From assembly GCF_003918875.1 (NCBI RefSeq), contig NW_025767284.1:310001-374000 (forward strand): DNA of 64,000 bases, read 5' to 3'. Under the pieces are notes generated by a model, which was not told the DNA's origin, made no database searches, and was given only the letters and a program-made list of their open reading frames with translations. Positions 10,560 through 23,700 of the stretch are shown in pieces. The stretch comes from Haliotis rubra. Lineage: Eukaryota. Positions within the stretch are counted from its first letter, which is position 1; the number at the start of each line of letters is the position of its first letter. A program made the translations under genes and the position numbers.

Positions 10560-11825
10560 TTAAAGACAGTCGGTCACATGAAGAAATCGGATATAGTATA
10601 TGAAACACCACTATACACTGTGACCTAGAAGACAGAACATCTGCCAGATAGCTGAAGGCCGGTGTTTGATTCCCCGGTCGTGTCATACCAAGATTTGAAA
10701 GAAATGATACTTTTTGTTCCCATGCCTGGAGCTCGGTAGTAAGGGATTGAACATGGACTGATTGACCCGGAGTCACTACACTATGTCTGTGTGTGGTATA
10801 CATGTATACAACTCCCACTGATCGACTCGGAGTCACTACACTATGTCTGTGTGTGGTATACATGTATACAACTCCCACTGATCGACTCGGAGTCACTACA
10901 CTATGTATACAACTCTCTGTGTGGGGTATACATGTATACAACTCCCACTGATCGACTCGGAGTCACTACACTATGTCTGTGTGGGGTATACATGTATACA
11001 ACTCCCACTGATCGACTCGGAGTCACTACACTATGTCTGTGTGGGGTATACATGTATACAACTCCCACTGTGGGAGTATACTATGTATACAACTCCCACT
11101 GATCGACTCGGAGTCACTACGCTATGTCTGTGTGGGGTATACATGTATACAACTCCCACTGATCGACTCGGAGTCACTACACTATGTCTGTGTGGGGTAT
11201 ACATGTATACAACTCCCACTGATCGACTCGGAGTCACTACACTATGTCTGTGTGGGGTATACATGTATACAACTCCCACTGATCGACTCGGAGTCACTAC
11301 ACTATGTCTGTGTGGGGTATACATGTATACAACTCCCACTGATCGACTCGGAGTCACTACACTATGAAGACACTTAAAGACAGTCGGTCACATGAAGAAA
11401 TCGGATATAGTATATGAAACACCACTATACACTGTGACCTAGAAGACAGAACATCTGCCAGATAGCTGAAGGCCGGTGTTTGATTCCCCGGTCGTGTCAT
11501 ACCAAGATTTGAAAGAAATGATACTTTTTGTTCCCATGCCTGGAGCTCGGTAGTAAGGGATTGAACATGGACTGATTGACCCGGAGTCACTACACTATGT
11601 CTGTGTGGGGTATACATGTATACAACTCCCACTGATCGACTCGGAGTCACTACACTATGTCTGTGTGGGGTATACATGTATACAACTCCCACTGATCGAC
11701 TCGGAGTCACTACGCTATGTCTGTGTGTGGTATACATGTATACAACTCCCACTGATTGACTCGGAGTCACTACACTATGTCTGTGTGGGGTATACATGTA
11801 TACAACTCCCACTGATTGACCGATT
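10560..11825. repeat. Tandem duplication (offset 814 bp) of a ~200-bp leader containing a decayed family B SINE, each copy followed by a 60-bp minisatellite
   Basis: Leaders starting at 10560 and 11374 look identical. Arrays at ~10758-11366 (~10 units) and ~11572-11825 (~4 units) have unit ACTGATCGACTCGGAGTCACTACACTATGTCTGTGTGGGGTATACATGTATACAACTCCC. Confidence 0.95.
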
Positions 11826-12790
11826 GACACCGCCCCACCTATTCATAAGAGCACAGACGGGGTCTCACCTATTCATAAGAGGTGAGGTGAGGTGAAATTG
11901 GGTTTAACGTCGTGCTTGAGAATATTTCGCTCATATGACGACGTGCATGCGTGTGTATGTGTATGTGCGGCTGCTTATGCTAGTCCAGGCTTAAGCTGGT
12001 TTTATAGTGCTAGCCCACCGAGATACCATGCCGCAGTGAAGCATGAATACCCCACTCAGACATTCAGACTCCGAGCCGACCAGTCCTTGTTGTACCCATT
12101 AATGCCGAGCGCCAGACAGGGACCAACAAGTACCATATTTTAACGTCTTTTGGTATGACGCGGTCGGGGATCGAACCCGCGACCTTCCGCTCTCTATTCA
12201 TAAGAGCACAGACGCGGTCTCACCTATACATAAGAGCTCAGACGCGGTCTCACCTATTCATAAGAGCACAGACTCTGTCTCACCGATTCATAGGAGCACA
12301 GATGCGGTCTCACCGATTCATAAGAGCAAAGACGCGATCTCACCGATCCATAAGAGCACAGATTCCGCCTCACCTATTCATAAGATCACAGACGCGGTCT
12401 CACCGATTCGTGAGAGCACAGGCACCGCCTCACATATCCATAAGAGCAAAGACGCGGTCTCAACGATTCATAAGAGCACAGACACCGCCTCACCTATTCA
12501 TAAGAGCACAGGTGCGGTCTCACCTATTCATAAGAGCACAAACGAGGTCTCATCGATTCATAAGAGCAGAGACGCGGTCTCGCCTTTTCATAAGATCACA
12601 GACGCGTTCTCATCGATTCATAAGAGCACAGACGCTGTCTCACCGATTCATAAGAGCACATACACCGCCTCATCTATTCATAAGAGCACAGGTGCGGTCT
12701 CACTTATTCATAAGAGCACAAACGGGGTCTCATCGATTCATAAGAGCACAGATACCGCCTCACCTATTCATAAGATGACAGACGAGGCCT
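11826..12790. repeat. 30-bp minisatellite (CACCTATTCATAAGAGCACAGACGCGGTCT-like), interrupted by a SINE
   Basis: About 22 diverged units. Confidence 0.95.
11882..12193 (-). mobile_element. SINE family B (tRNA head plus Meta/MESC-like domain), 5'-truncated
   Basis: 13-bp TSD CTATTCATAAGAG (11869-11881, 12194-12206); B box GGTTCGATCCC; CGTCATACCAAAAGACGTTAAAATATGGTAC Meta-like segment (assigned from recalled consensus); (TCACC)n tail. Confidence 0.88.
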
Positions 12791-13549
12791 CATATGTATG
12801 GAGCCGGAGGGTACGTCGGGACGACTGAGATGAGCTGAAATCCCTGGCTTAAACCGCCAACACTAAGTGGTCAAGGGACACCAGAGAAGGGCATTTGAAG
12901 TCCACAATCACACTTGACCTTCTTCAAATAATTAACTACTGGTCATGTCTCTGGGCAGTAGTAATACGAGCAAGGTGATGGCCAGTAGAGCCGCTGAGAT
13001 ATCCGTTTCTGAATCATACGAATGTACTGTATTGCTTGCGTTTATGTGTGTTGGAAACAAAATACTTGACAGAATGAGTTTTGATTATGTTTAATCGTCC
13101 CGGAAATCCACCCTCCTGCGCCTGAGAACATTGACCTCCCGTGCGTCACTGAGACTCGCCCGCAGCAGTGTGGACTTGAGTGAATACATGGCCTTGTTTG
13201 TTTCCGTGAGAGTATACATTCCACTATACACCGACATGTGTCCTAACTACAGCAGTAACACACGAACGTGCATGTCTGTTGCTACATAAGTTAATAACAC
13301 CATGTTGAACTGTACATCACCTCACAGCTCAGTCAGTTCATTAGTCAAAGTTCGTTTCTGACAAATTTCATCTCGGTTTTACATTTGTCAATATCTCGTG
13401 TCACGCGAGAAGAGAGGCAGTCTGTGACTGTACTGTAAGGTGATGACGTCCATGTTGGGTGGAAGAAAACATCAAGTCACCACGGAGTGGTTATCAGCAG
13501 GGAAACCTAGTCCCGTGTCACCTTACCGGAAGAAACCAAGGATTGTAAC

Positions 13550-13940
13550 TAATAATAATAAAATAATGTGTCCATTTATATAGCGCCAAACTCAACACTA
13601 GGTATGCTCATAGCGCTAACAATCAAGGCACAGCACATTATTACCCCGGATAACCCAAGCTGCCTGTTAGGCGCTAGAAGGTTATAGTCATATGACTTTT
13701 GCCACCGGGTACCCATTTTGCTGCAGGGTGAACAAAGACCATTTTGAATAAACTCACTTGCCTAAGGTGAGACCACATGTGTCACATGTGCTTCGTTGTG
13801 GGTCTGGACTCAAGTCCTCGAAACTCTCAGGAGTTAAGCTGCCAAACACGGTCACCCATCCAAGAACTCTCCGCGCTCGACGCTGCTTAACTTCACCGAT
13901 TTGTGACCTGAGCTTTGAGCACAGGACCACGCACCACCAC
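13550..13940 (-). mobile_element. SINE family D: 5S rRNA-derived (SINE3-type) CORE-like SINE with L2-type tail
   Basis: Minus strand GAAGTTAAGCAGCGTCGAGCGCGGAGAGTTCTTGGATGGGTGACCG matches the 5S internal control region. CCTTAGGCAAGT...AAAATGGGTACC is CORE-like. Tail is AGCGCT...GGCGCTATATAAAT...(TTA)n. Confidence 0.85.
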
Positions 13941-14050
13941 TTATCCGACAAAAGCTTATCTGTCTCTGTACATGATATATGTAAGCGTTGACTGTTACAA
14001 TGACCAGGAGTAACTGCAACTAGTGTTGACCAGGGTGCAATGAAGGTCAT

Positions 14051-14188
14051 AGAGTGAGTGAGTTTAGATTTTAAACAATCGAGCAATACCACGGCAGGAA
14101 ACACCAGAAATGGGTTTCACACATTGTGCCTATGTGTGGAATCGAACCCGAGTCTTCGCCGTGACACTAGGCTCCCCTACCGTCCCGC
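14051..14188 (-). mobile_element. SINE family A (internally deleted)
   Basis: Reverse match to the family consensus. Confidence 0.85.
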
Positions 14189-15297
14189 AGGTCATGGATC
14201 GACAGCTCGTATGTGTGTGGACGTGAGTGTTTGTGTATCTGTTTGTTGTAAAACGTCGCCCCCAGCTATATTCCAGATAGTTAACGCCAGGCGAACAGTG
14301 ATCAATATTGTTAGCAACCTTTCACGCCTTCCAGATACGAGAACACACCCTCAACCAACCACCGTGCATGGGACGCCAGAGCCTATTCAATACTGTCATG
14401 GGGTAAAACAGATGGAACGCAGCCGTATGAAAACCATGGGTTCTGCAGAATCCGGAAAAAAGAACGTGCCTATCCGGCAGCTGGTGGGACATTTCTGTCG
14501 ACAGTGTGGTTGGTCCACTCCGTTCCGGCCAATGCGGAATAGCTACAAGGAGAGGATTGTGTATGTCTCAGTGGATACCCTTTAAACTAAAGTTAAATGC
14601 AGTTTGAATAAGGTTTTGTGGAATTAATGTGCACCACTGTATTCCACCATGTTAAGGAATCGATAGCCTGGCGCTATCTTAGAGAAACATGCTTCCTGAA
14701 AATGTGTACAACTTGTTCAATCTGGTGCTTGAAACGTTGAAATATTATTATCCCGACGACATGTATTTGTGCTAACAGACAAATAATTGGAACTAAACTA
14801 TTGCTATAATAACCTTCCGTCCAATTGTTGACACAAACCGTCTCTTGGTACTTGAGGTGGAACTGGCGAATTAAATCAGCCTGCACACTCTCCACTTTAA
14901 TATTAAAGGGGAGCTCATTCCAGTGCATTGGGGCTGGGTCTGTCATTACCCAGGTGATTGGTTCATCTGCTTATTACCAGCCCGGCGGAGTGGCTGGAAG
15001 CTTTGGTCTCACGAAAGTTGTTTTTAGTGAGAAAAGATTAGAGTTTGTTGATGCACGGACCAGTCTTGTAGTATTGCTGAGTCAACAAGTACAGAGTACA
15101 GGTTATCTTCGGTACGGGAAGTAGAACAAACACAGTCTGTGCTTGTGTGTGCTGACAAGAACCTTCGTACAGGGAACTGACTTGATGTCTGCTTGTGTAC
15201 AGAAAGTACAAGTATTGTGCTTCTTCGTTTGTCTACAGGAAGTAGATCTATCATACACGTGTACCAGTGTAGAGGAAGTAAACCTATCATACACATC

Positions 15298-15437
15298 AGT
15301 GAGTGAGTTTAGCTTTTAGCAATATCCCAGCAATATCACGGCGGGGAACACCAGAAATGGGCTTCACACATTGTGCCCATGTGGGGAATCTAATCCGTAT
15401 CTTCGGCGTGACAAGCGAACGCTTTAACCATCGCCCC
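15298..15437 (-). mobile_element. SINE family A (also present in duplication copies 2 and 3)
   Basis: Reverse match to consensus. Confidence 0.9.
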
Positions 15438-15647
15438 TGAAGTAAAGGATCGTCCAAGACCAGGAAGCCCGGGGGAAGACCAAGAAACGTGATAACCGAG
15501 TTCTATTTCTTTGGGAAATTGGTAATACGCACACAATGTTTGCAACTACTATCAAAACATCATTCAAAATATTTGCCATTGTGTTTGGGGACAATAGTCC
15601 CAAAGCACCCTGTGTGTACGCCCTTTTATACATCAGTTTACCTTAGA

Positions 15648-15785
15648 GTGAGTGAGTATGGTTTTACGCCACTTTTAGCAATATTCCAGTAATATCACGA
15701 CGGGGGACACCAAAAATGGGCTTCACACATTGTACCCATATGGGGAATCGAACCCGGGTGTTCCACTAGGCTACCCCACCGGCCC
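15648..15785 (-). mobile_element. SINE family A with TSD (also in copies 2 and 3)
   Basis: TSD CAGTTTACCT(T/C)AGA at 15634-15647 and 15786-15799. Confidence 0.9.
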
Positions 15786-15916
15786 CAGTTTACCTCAGAA
15801 ACAAAATCAACGAAGTAGGTGATGTGTATTTGTCGCCCCTAACAGTCGCGTCAAACAACGAACGAAGGTAGTGAACTCGACTGTAAGAAAATAATTACAG
15901 GTGAAAAGCATGATGC

Positions 15917-16078
15917 GAGGGGTACGGTAGCCTAATGGTTAAGAGTTCGTTCGTCACTCCGAAGACCCGGGTTTGATTCTCTTCATGGGTACAATATGTG
16001 AAGCCCATGGCCATTTCTGGTGTCCCCCGCCGGGATGTTCCTGGAATGTTGCGAAAAGCGGGTAAAAACACTCACATA
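15917..16078 (+). mobile_element. SINE family A (also in copies 2 and 3)
   Basis: A/B boxes, body and tail are present. Confidence 0.88.
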
Positions 16079-16574
16079 CAGATGGCAGAACCCGCATCAT
16101 GCTGATGCTACAAACTGACAGAAAAAAAATTAAAACAGTAATTCGCCCACACTATTTCAAGTACCTGCACTAGTTCTTTTACCAGAAATATGTGGTTTTT
16201 GTTCAGTACCACATCAGCAGACTTTGTCACAGCTCGGTGAGAGAAACATGTAATTTATCCACATTGTCACATCATTGCTATCAATTGCTATTAAATCTGA
16301 ACAAATGATTTTCAAATTATAATTTTAATACATTCAGCTTCGCATCAAATGTGCAGTTCGCCAATGAGTGGGAGGGGTCACGTGAAACTCTCCTCGTGAA
16401 AATTCCCCCCAATGTGGGCCTGCAGGCGGATAATCAGCTTAGTATCCGCTCCTCTACTGCCAAGAAACATTTCTGACCTGGCTAGTCTGTCGTGAGTGCC
16501 TTGTGTACAGTTGAGAGGTTGTCAGTGTGTAATTAGAGTAATAGTGAACTTTCAGAAAGGAAAACGCCGTGAAA

Positions 16575-16852
16575 CTTGAGCCAGCAGACAAGATGGTGTT
16601 TGAACAACTTTAAATTACCACAACTTGTTTAGTTTCAAGAAAGTAGACGGGGTGGTGTTTGAACAACTTTTAATTACCACAACTTGTTTAGTTTCAAGAA
16701 AGTAGACGGGGTGGTGTTTGAACAACTTTAAATTACCACAAATTGCTTATATTTAAGCCAGCAGACAAGGTGGTGTTTGAAAACCCCCCATTAAATTACC
16801 ACAACTTGTATATTTTAAAGAAAGTAGACGGGGTGGCCCCTGGTGTTTGAAA
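16575..16852. repeat. 59-bp tandem repeat inside the duplicated unit
   Basis: GGTGTTTGAACAACTTTAAATTACCACAACTTGTTTAGTTTCAAGAAAGTAGACGGGGT; copy 2 has one unit fewer. Confidence 0.9.
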
Positions 16853-17274
16853 GGCCTCCGTGTACTGTCTCTAAAATGTCCGATGAATTATACATCTCTT
16901 TCGTACAACACCTTGTTTGCAACTCCGTAGATTCCAATAACTGCCTCGATGTCATTGAGTAAAAGAGCTATAAAAATGCTTGGCTTCTGCTGTGAAGCCA
17001 AGTCAAACCCGATCTCGTAACTTCACTATCCCGCATGCTTACAATATCCTGGGAGTAACACTGTCGCCACATTACAGCACTACGTGTATTATGCGAGGGC
17101 ATTGTTATCACATTGCAGTATCCTGGGAGTGAACTGTTACCATTTTACGCGTTCGCCGTTACACTGAAGACCCGGTTCGATTTCAAATATCAGAAGAGCC
17201 TGTTCCTTGTGTACCCCGCCTTGATATTGCTACACTACTGCCGAAACCGGCTTAAACCATTCTCACTTACCCAG

Positions 17275-17422
17275 TGAGGTAGCCTTGTCATGCTCTTAAA
17301 GCATGTGATCGTCACGTCGAAGACCCGGGTTCGATCCCCCACATGAGGACAATGAGTGAAACCAATTTCTGGAGTCCACGTCGTAATATTGCTGGAATAT
17401 TGCTTAAAGCCACGTAAAACTC
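17275..17422 (+). mobile_element. SINE family A, diverged (also in copies 2 and 3)
   Basis: CGTCACGTCGAAGACCCGGGTTCGATCCCCCACATG...AATATTGCTGGAATATTGC. Confidence 0.8.
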
Positions 17423-17461
17423 TTATGTTTGGCAGCCTCTTGTCACAACTGCAAATCTACG

Positions 17462-17742
17462 GACCCCCACGGATCCAGGTAAGAATTGGTCTTCAGTAAC
17501 CCGTAATTGTCGTAAGAGGCGACTAACGGGATCGCGTGGTCAGGCTCGCTGACTTGGTAGACACATGTCATCGTATCCCAGTTGCATAGGTCGATGCTCA
17601 TGCTGTTGATCAATGGATTGTCTGGTTCAGGCTCGATTATTTGAAGACCACCGCCATATAGCTGGAATATTGCTGAGTGCGGCGTTTAACAACCAACCAA
17701 CCCACCAACCAACCTAGCAACCAACGAGCCAGCCAACCAACC
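17462..17742 (+). mobile_element. Retroposon family C (duplicates at ~20841-21123 and ~24278-24560)
   Basis: AGAATTGGTCTTCAGTAACCC...GTCGTAAGAGGCGACTAACGGG...GCTGGAATATTGCTGAGTGCGGCG followed by an (AACC)n tail. Confidence 0.9.
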
Positions 17743-20700
17743 TCCACGACTGACATGAGAAGTGACTGCACCTGGTGAACCAAGCAGTGATACAGAGTCT
17801 CACAGCGGCGCGGCAAGGAGTTCACGTCTCATCTGGTGCGACGTGTTCCAATTATAACGACCAACAACGCAAACCCGACATACGACGCTTTAACATGGAC
17901 TAACGCCTTCGACAACAATTTCCGTGAATTAGGCGTACCATAACTTCATGTAACACAAGTTTACTGCCCAACCATCGCCGATAAGTGCTGACAAAGCGCT
18001 ATTTTCACCGACAGCTGTTTGAAGAATAGTGTAGCGACATTTAGTGCTGACAGGTGACGGTCCGACGATCTATAATCAGGTTTACGAGAAGTCGTTGGGC
18101 AAATAGTACAAATTTAACCCGCAGCTCTGCCGTGACTTCTGGACACGAATTTCACTGATTGATCTTCAGAGAGTAGCGACGACAATTTCCTTCCGACTAG
18201 ATTTACATGATGTCTTTACAGACAGATTGCAATTGCTATTATGCATGCATAAATCTGTACCCAAATTCCTATGTATGTTCTAAGGGCCTGAGACCGTACA
18301 AATTGAACAAATTCTGTCTGTGTGTATGTCTGAAAACTGAATAAATTCTGTCTGTCTGTCTTATGTCTTTAGTCACATTGAGATATCAAGTGAGGAGAGA
18401 GAACATTACCGGAAGTCCAGGTCTTCACCGTCTGCGGCAATACAACTTTCCTTGCTTGTTTATCCGCCCACTAAACATCCATACTTCCATGTCCACACTA
18501 ACCATCCAGAAGTTCCAGTACACACTAAACATCCAGATTTTCCTATCCACACTAAACATAGACTTCCCTGTACAAACACAGTCTGTGCTTGTGTGTGCTG
18601 ACAAGAACCTTCGTACAGGGAACTGACTTGATGTCTGCTTGTGTACAGAAAGTACAAGTATTGTGCTTCTTCGTTTGTCTACAGGAAGTAGATCTATCAT
18701 ACACGTGTACCAGTGTAGAGGAAGTAAACCTATCATACACATCAGTGAGTGAGTTTAGCTTTTAGCAATATCCCAGCAATATCACGGCGGGGAACACCAG
18801 AAATGGGCTTCACACATTGTGCCCATGTGGGGAATCTAATCCGTATCTTCGGCGTGACAAGCTTAACGCTTTAACCATCGCCCTGAAGTAAAGGATCGTC
18901 CAAGACCAGGAAGCCCGGGAAGACCAAGAAACGTGATAACCGAAGTTCTATTTCTTTGGGAAATTGGTAATCGCGCACACAATGTTTGCAACTACTATCA
19001 AAACATCATTCAAAATATTTGCCATTGTGTTTGGGGACAATAGTCCCAAAGCACCCTGTGTACGCCCTTTTATACATCAGTTTACCTTAGAGTGAGTGAG
19101 TATGGTTTTACGCCACTTTTAGCAATATTCAGTAATATCACGACGGGGACACCAAAATGGGCTTCACACATTGTACCCATATGGGGAATCGAACCCGGTG
19201 TTCCACTAGGCTACCCCACCGGCCCCAGCTTACCTCAGAAACAAAATCAACGAAGTAGGTGATGTGTATTTGTCGCCCTAACAGTCGCGTCAAACAACGA
19301 ACGAAGGTAGTGAACTCGACTGTAAGAAAATAATTACAGGTGAAAAGCATAAATGCGAGGGGTACGGTAGCCTAATGGTGAAGAGTTCGTTCGTCACTCC
19401 GAAGACCCGGGTTTGATTCTCTTCATGGGTACAATATGTGAAGCCCATGGCCATTTCTGGTGTCCCCCGCCGGGATGTTCCTGGAATGTTGTAAAAGCGG
19501 TAAAAACACTCACATACGGATGGCAGAACCCGCATCATGCTGATGCTACAAACTGACAGAAAAAAAATTAAAACAGTAATTCGCCCACACTATTTCAAGT
19601 ACCTGCACTAGTTCTTTTACCAGAAATATGTGGTTTTTGTTCAATACCACATCAGCAGACTTTGTCACAGCTCGGTGAGAGAAACATGTAATTTATCCAC
19701 ATTGTCACATCATTGCTATCAATTGCTATTAAATCTGAACAAATGATTTTCAAATTATAATTTTAATACATTCAGCTTCGCATCAAATGTGCAGTTCGCC
19801 AATGAGTGGGAGGGGTCACGTGAAACTCTCCTCGTGAAAATTCCCCCCAATGTGGGCCTGCAGGCGGATAATCAGCTTAGTATCCGCTCCTCTACTGCCA
19901 AGAAACATTTCTGACCTGGCTAGTCTGTCGTGAGTGCCTTGTGTACAGTTGAGAGGTTGTCAGTGTGTAATTAGAGTAATAGTGAACTTTCAGAAAGGAA
20001 AACGCCGTGAAACTTGAGCCAGCAGACAAGATGGTGTTTGAACAACTTTAAATTACCACAACTTGTTTAGTTTCAAGAAAGTAGACGGGGTGGTGTTTGA
20101 ACAACTTTAAATTACCACAAATTGCTTATATTTAAGCCAGCAGACAAGGTGGTGTTTGAAAACCCCCCATTAAATTACCACAACTTGTATATTTTAAAGA
20201 AAGTAGACGGGGTGGCCCCTGGTGTTTGAAAGGCCTCCGTGTACTGTCTCTAAAATGTCCGATGAATTATACATCTCTTTCGTACAACACCTTGTTTGCA
20301 ACTCCGTAGATTCCAATAACTGCCTCGATGTCATTGAGTAAAAGAGCTATAAAAATGCTTGGCTTCTGCTGTGAAGCCAAGTCAAACCCGATCTCGTAAC
20401 TTCACTATCCCGCATGCTTACAATATCCTGGGAGTAACACTGTCGCCACATTACAGCACTACGTGTATTATGCGAGGGCATTGTTATCACATTGCAGTAT
20501 CCTGGGAGTGAACTGTTACCATTTTACGCGTTCGCCGTTACACTGAAGACCCGGTTCGATTTCAAATATCAGAAGAGCCTGTTCCTTGTGTACCCGCCTT
20601 GATATTGCTACACTACTGCCGAAACCGGCTTTAAACCATTCTCACTTACCCAGTGAGGTAGCCTTGTCATGCTCTTAAAGCATGTGATCGTCACGTCGAA

Positions 20701-23700
20701 GACCCGGGTTCGATCCCCCACATGAGGACAATGAGTGAAACCAATTTCTGGAGTCCACGTCGTAATATTGCTGGAATATTGCTTAAAGCCACGTAAAAAC
20801 TCTTATGTTTGGCAGCCTCTTGTCACAACTGCAAATCTACGGACCCCACGGATCCAGGTAAGAATTGGTCTTCAGTAACCCGTAATTGTCGTAAGAGGCG
20901 ACTAACGGGATCGCGTGGTCAGGCTCGCTGACTTGGTAGACACATGTCATCGTATCCCAGTTGCATAGGTCGATGCTCATGCTGTTGATCAATGGATTGT
21001 CTGGTTCAGGCTCGATTATTTGAAGACCACCGCCATATAGCTGGAATATTGCTGAGTGCGGCGTTTAACAACCAACCAACCCACCAACCAACCTTAAGCA
21101 ACCAACGAGTCAGCCAACCAACCTCCACGACTGACATGAGAAGTGACTGCACCTGGTGAACCAAGCAGTGATACAGAGTCTCACAGCGGCGCGGCAAGGA
21201 GTTCACGTCTCATCTGGTGCGACGTGTTCCAATTATAACGACCAACAACGCAAACCCGACATACGACGGCTTTAACATGGACTAACGCCTTCGACAACAA
21301 TTTCCGTGAATTAGGCGTACCATAACTTCATGTAACACAAGTTTACTGCCCAACCATCGCCGATAAGTGCTGACAAAGCGCTATTTTCACCGACAGCTGT
21401 TTGAAGAATAGTGTAGCGACATTTAGTGCTGACAGGTGACGGTCCGACGATCTATAATCAGGCTTTACGAAGTTGGGCAAATAGTACAAATTTAACCGCA
21501 GCTCTGCCGTGACTTCTGGACACGAATTTCACTGATTGATCTTCAGAGAGTAGCGACGACAATTTCCTTCCGACTAGATTTACATGATGTCTTTACAGAC
21601 AGATTGCAATTGCTATTATGCATGCATAAATCTGTACCCAAATTCTATGTATGTTCTAAGGGCCTGAGACCGTACAAAATTGAACAAATTCTGTCTGTGT
21701 GTATGTCTGAAAACTGAATAAATTCTGTCTGTCTGTCTTATGTCTTTAGTCACATTGAGATATCAAGTGAGGAGAGAGAACATTACCGGAAGTCCAGGTC
21801 TTCACCGTCTGCGGCAATACAACTTTCCTTGCTTGTTTATCCGCCCACTAAACATCCATACTTCCATGTCCACACTAACCATCCAGAAGTTCCAGTACAC
21901 ACTAAACATCCAGATTTTCCTATCCACACTAAACATAGACTTCCCTGTACAAACACAGTCTGTGCTTGTGTGTGCTGACAAGAACCTTCGTACAGGGAAC
22001 TGACTTGATGTCTGCTTGTGTACAGAAAGTACAAGTATTGTGCTTCTTCGTTTGTCTACAGGAAGTAGATCTATCATACACGTGTACCAGTGTAGAGGAA
22101 GTAAACCTATCATACACATCAGTGAGTGAGTTTAGCTTTTAGCAATATCCCAGCAATATCACGGCGGGGAACACCAGAAATGGGCTTCACACATTGTGCC
22201 CATGTGGGGAATCTAATCCGTATCTTCGGCGTGACAAGCGAACGCTTTAACCATCGCCCCTGAAGTAAAGGATCGTCCAAGACCAGGAAGCCCGGGGGAA
22301 GACCAAGAAACGTGATAACCGAGTTCTATTTCTTTGGGAAATTGGTAATACGCACACAATGTTTGCAACTACTATCAAAACATCATTCAAAATATTTGCC
22401 ATTGTGTTTGGGGACAATAGTCCCAAAGCACCCTGTGTGTACGCCCTTTATACATCAGTTTACCTTAGAGTGAGTGGAGTATGAGTTTTACGCCACTTTT
22501 AGCAATATTCCAGTAATATCGCACACGGGGACACCAAAATGGGTTTCACATTGTACCCATATGGGGAATCGAACCTGGTGTTCCACTAGGCTACCCCACC
22601 GGCCCCAGTTTACCTCAGAAACAAAATCAACGAAGTAGGTGATGTGTATTTGTCGCCCCTAACAGTCGCGTCAAACAACGAACGAAGGTAGTGAACTCGA
22701 CTGTAAGAAAATAATTACAGGTGAAAAGCATAAATGCGAGGGGTACGGTAGCCTAATGGTGAAGAGTTCGTTCGTCACTCCGAAGACCCGGGTTTGATTC
22801 TCTTCATGGGTACAATATGTGAAGCCCATGGCCATTTCTGGTGTCCCCCGCCGGGATGTTCCTGGAATGTTGCGAAAAGCGGGTAAAAACACTCACATAC
22901 GGATGGCAGAACCCGCATCATGCTGATGCTACAAACTGACAGAAAAAAAATTAAAACAGTAATTCGCCCACACTATTTCAAGTACCTGCACTAGTTCTTT
23001 TACCAGAAATATGTGGTTTTTGTTCAATACCACATCAGCAGACTTTGTCACAGCTCGGTGAGAGAAACATGTAATTTATCCACATTGTCACATCATTGCT
23101 ATCAATTGCTATTAAATCTGAACAAATGATTTTCAAATTATAATTTTAATACATTCAGCTTCGCATCAAATGTGCAGTTCGCCAATGAGTGGGAGGGGTC
23201 ACGTGAAACTCTCCTCGTGAAAATTCCCCCCAATGTGGGCCTGCAGGCGGATAATCAGCTTAGTATCCGCTCCTCTACTGCCAAGAAACATTTCTGACCT
23301 GGCTAGTCTGTCGTGAGAGTGTACAGTTGAGAGGTTGTCAGTGTGTAGAGTAAGTTGGAAACCGTGCAGAGGAAAACGCCGTGAAACTTGAGCCAGCAGA
23401 TAGTGATGTGTTTTCACAACTCTTTAAATTACAACAACTTGTTTAGTTTCAAAGAAAGTAGACGGGGTGGTGTTTGAACAACTTTAAATTACCACAACTT
23501 GTTTAGTTTCAAGAAAGTAGACGGGGTGGTGTTTGAACAACTTTAAATTACCACAAATTGCTTATATTTAAGCCAGCAGACAAGGTGGTGTTTGAAAACC
23601 CCCATTAAATTACCATTAACTTGTATATTTTAAAGAAAGTAGACGGGGTGGCCCCTGTGGTTTGAAAGGCCTCCGTGTACTGTCTCTAAAATGTCCGATG

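Noticed and set aside
13845-13900. 5S rRNA gene
   Set aside because: Only the ~50-nt internal control region is present, embedded in a dispersed SINE.
14860-14946. WNELPFNIK motif suggesting another L2/CR1 fragment
   Set aside because: Isolated motif without the flanking LINE residues or tail.
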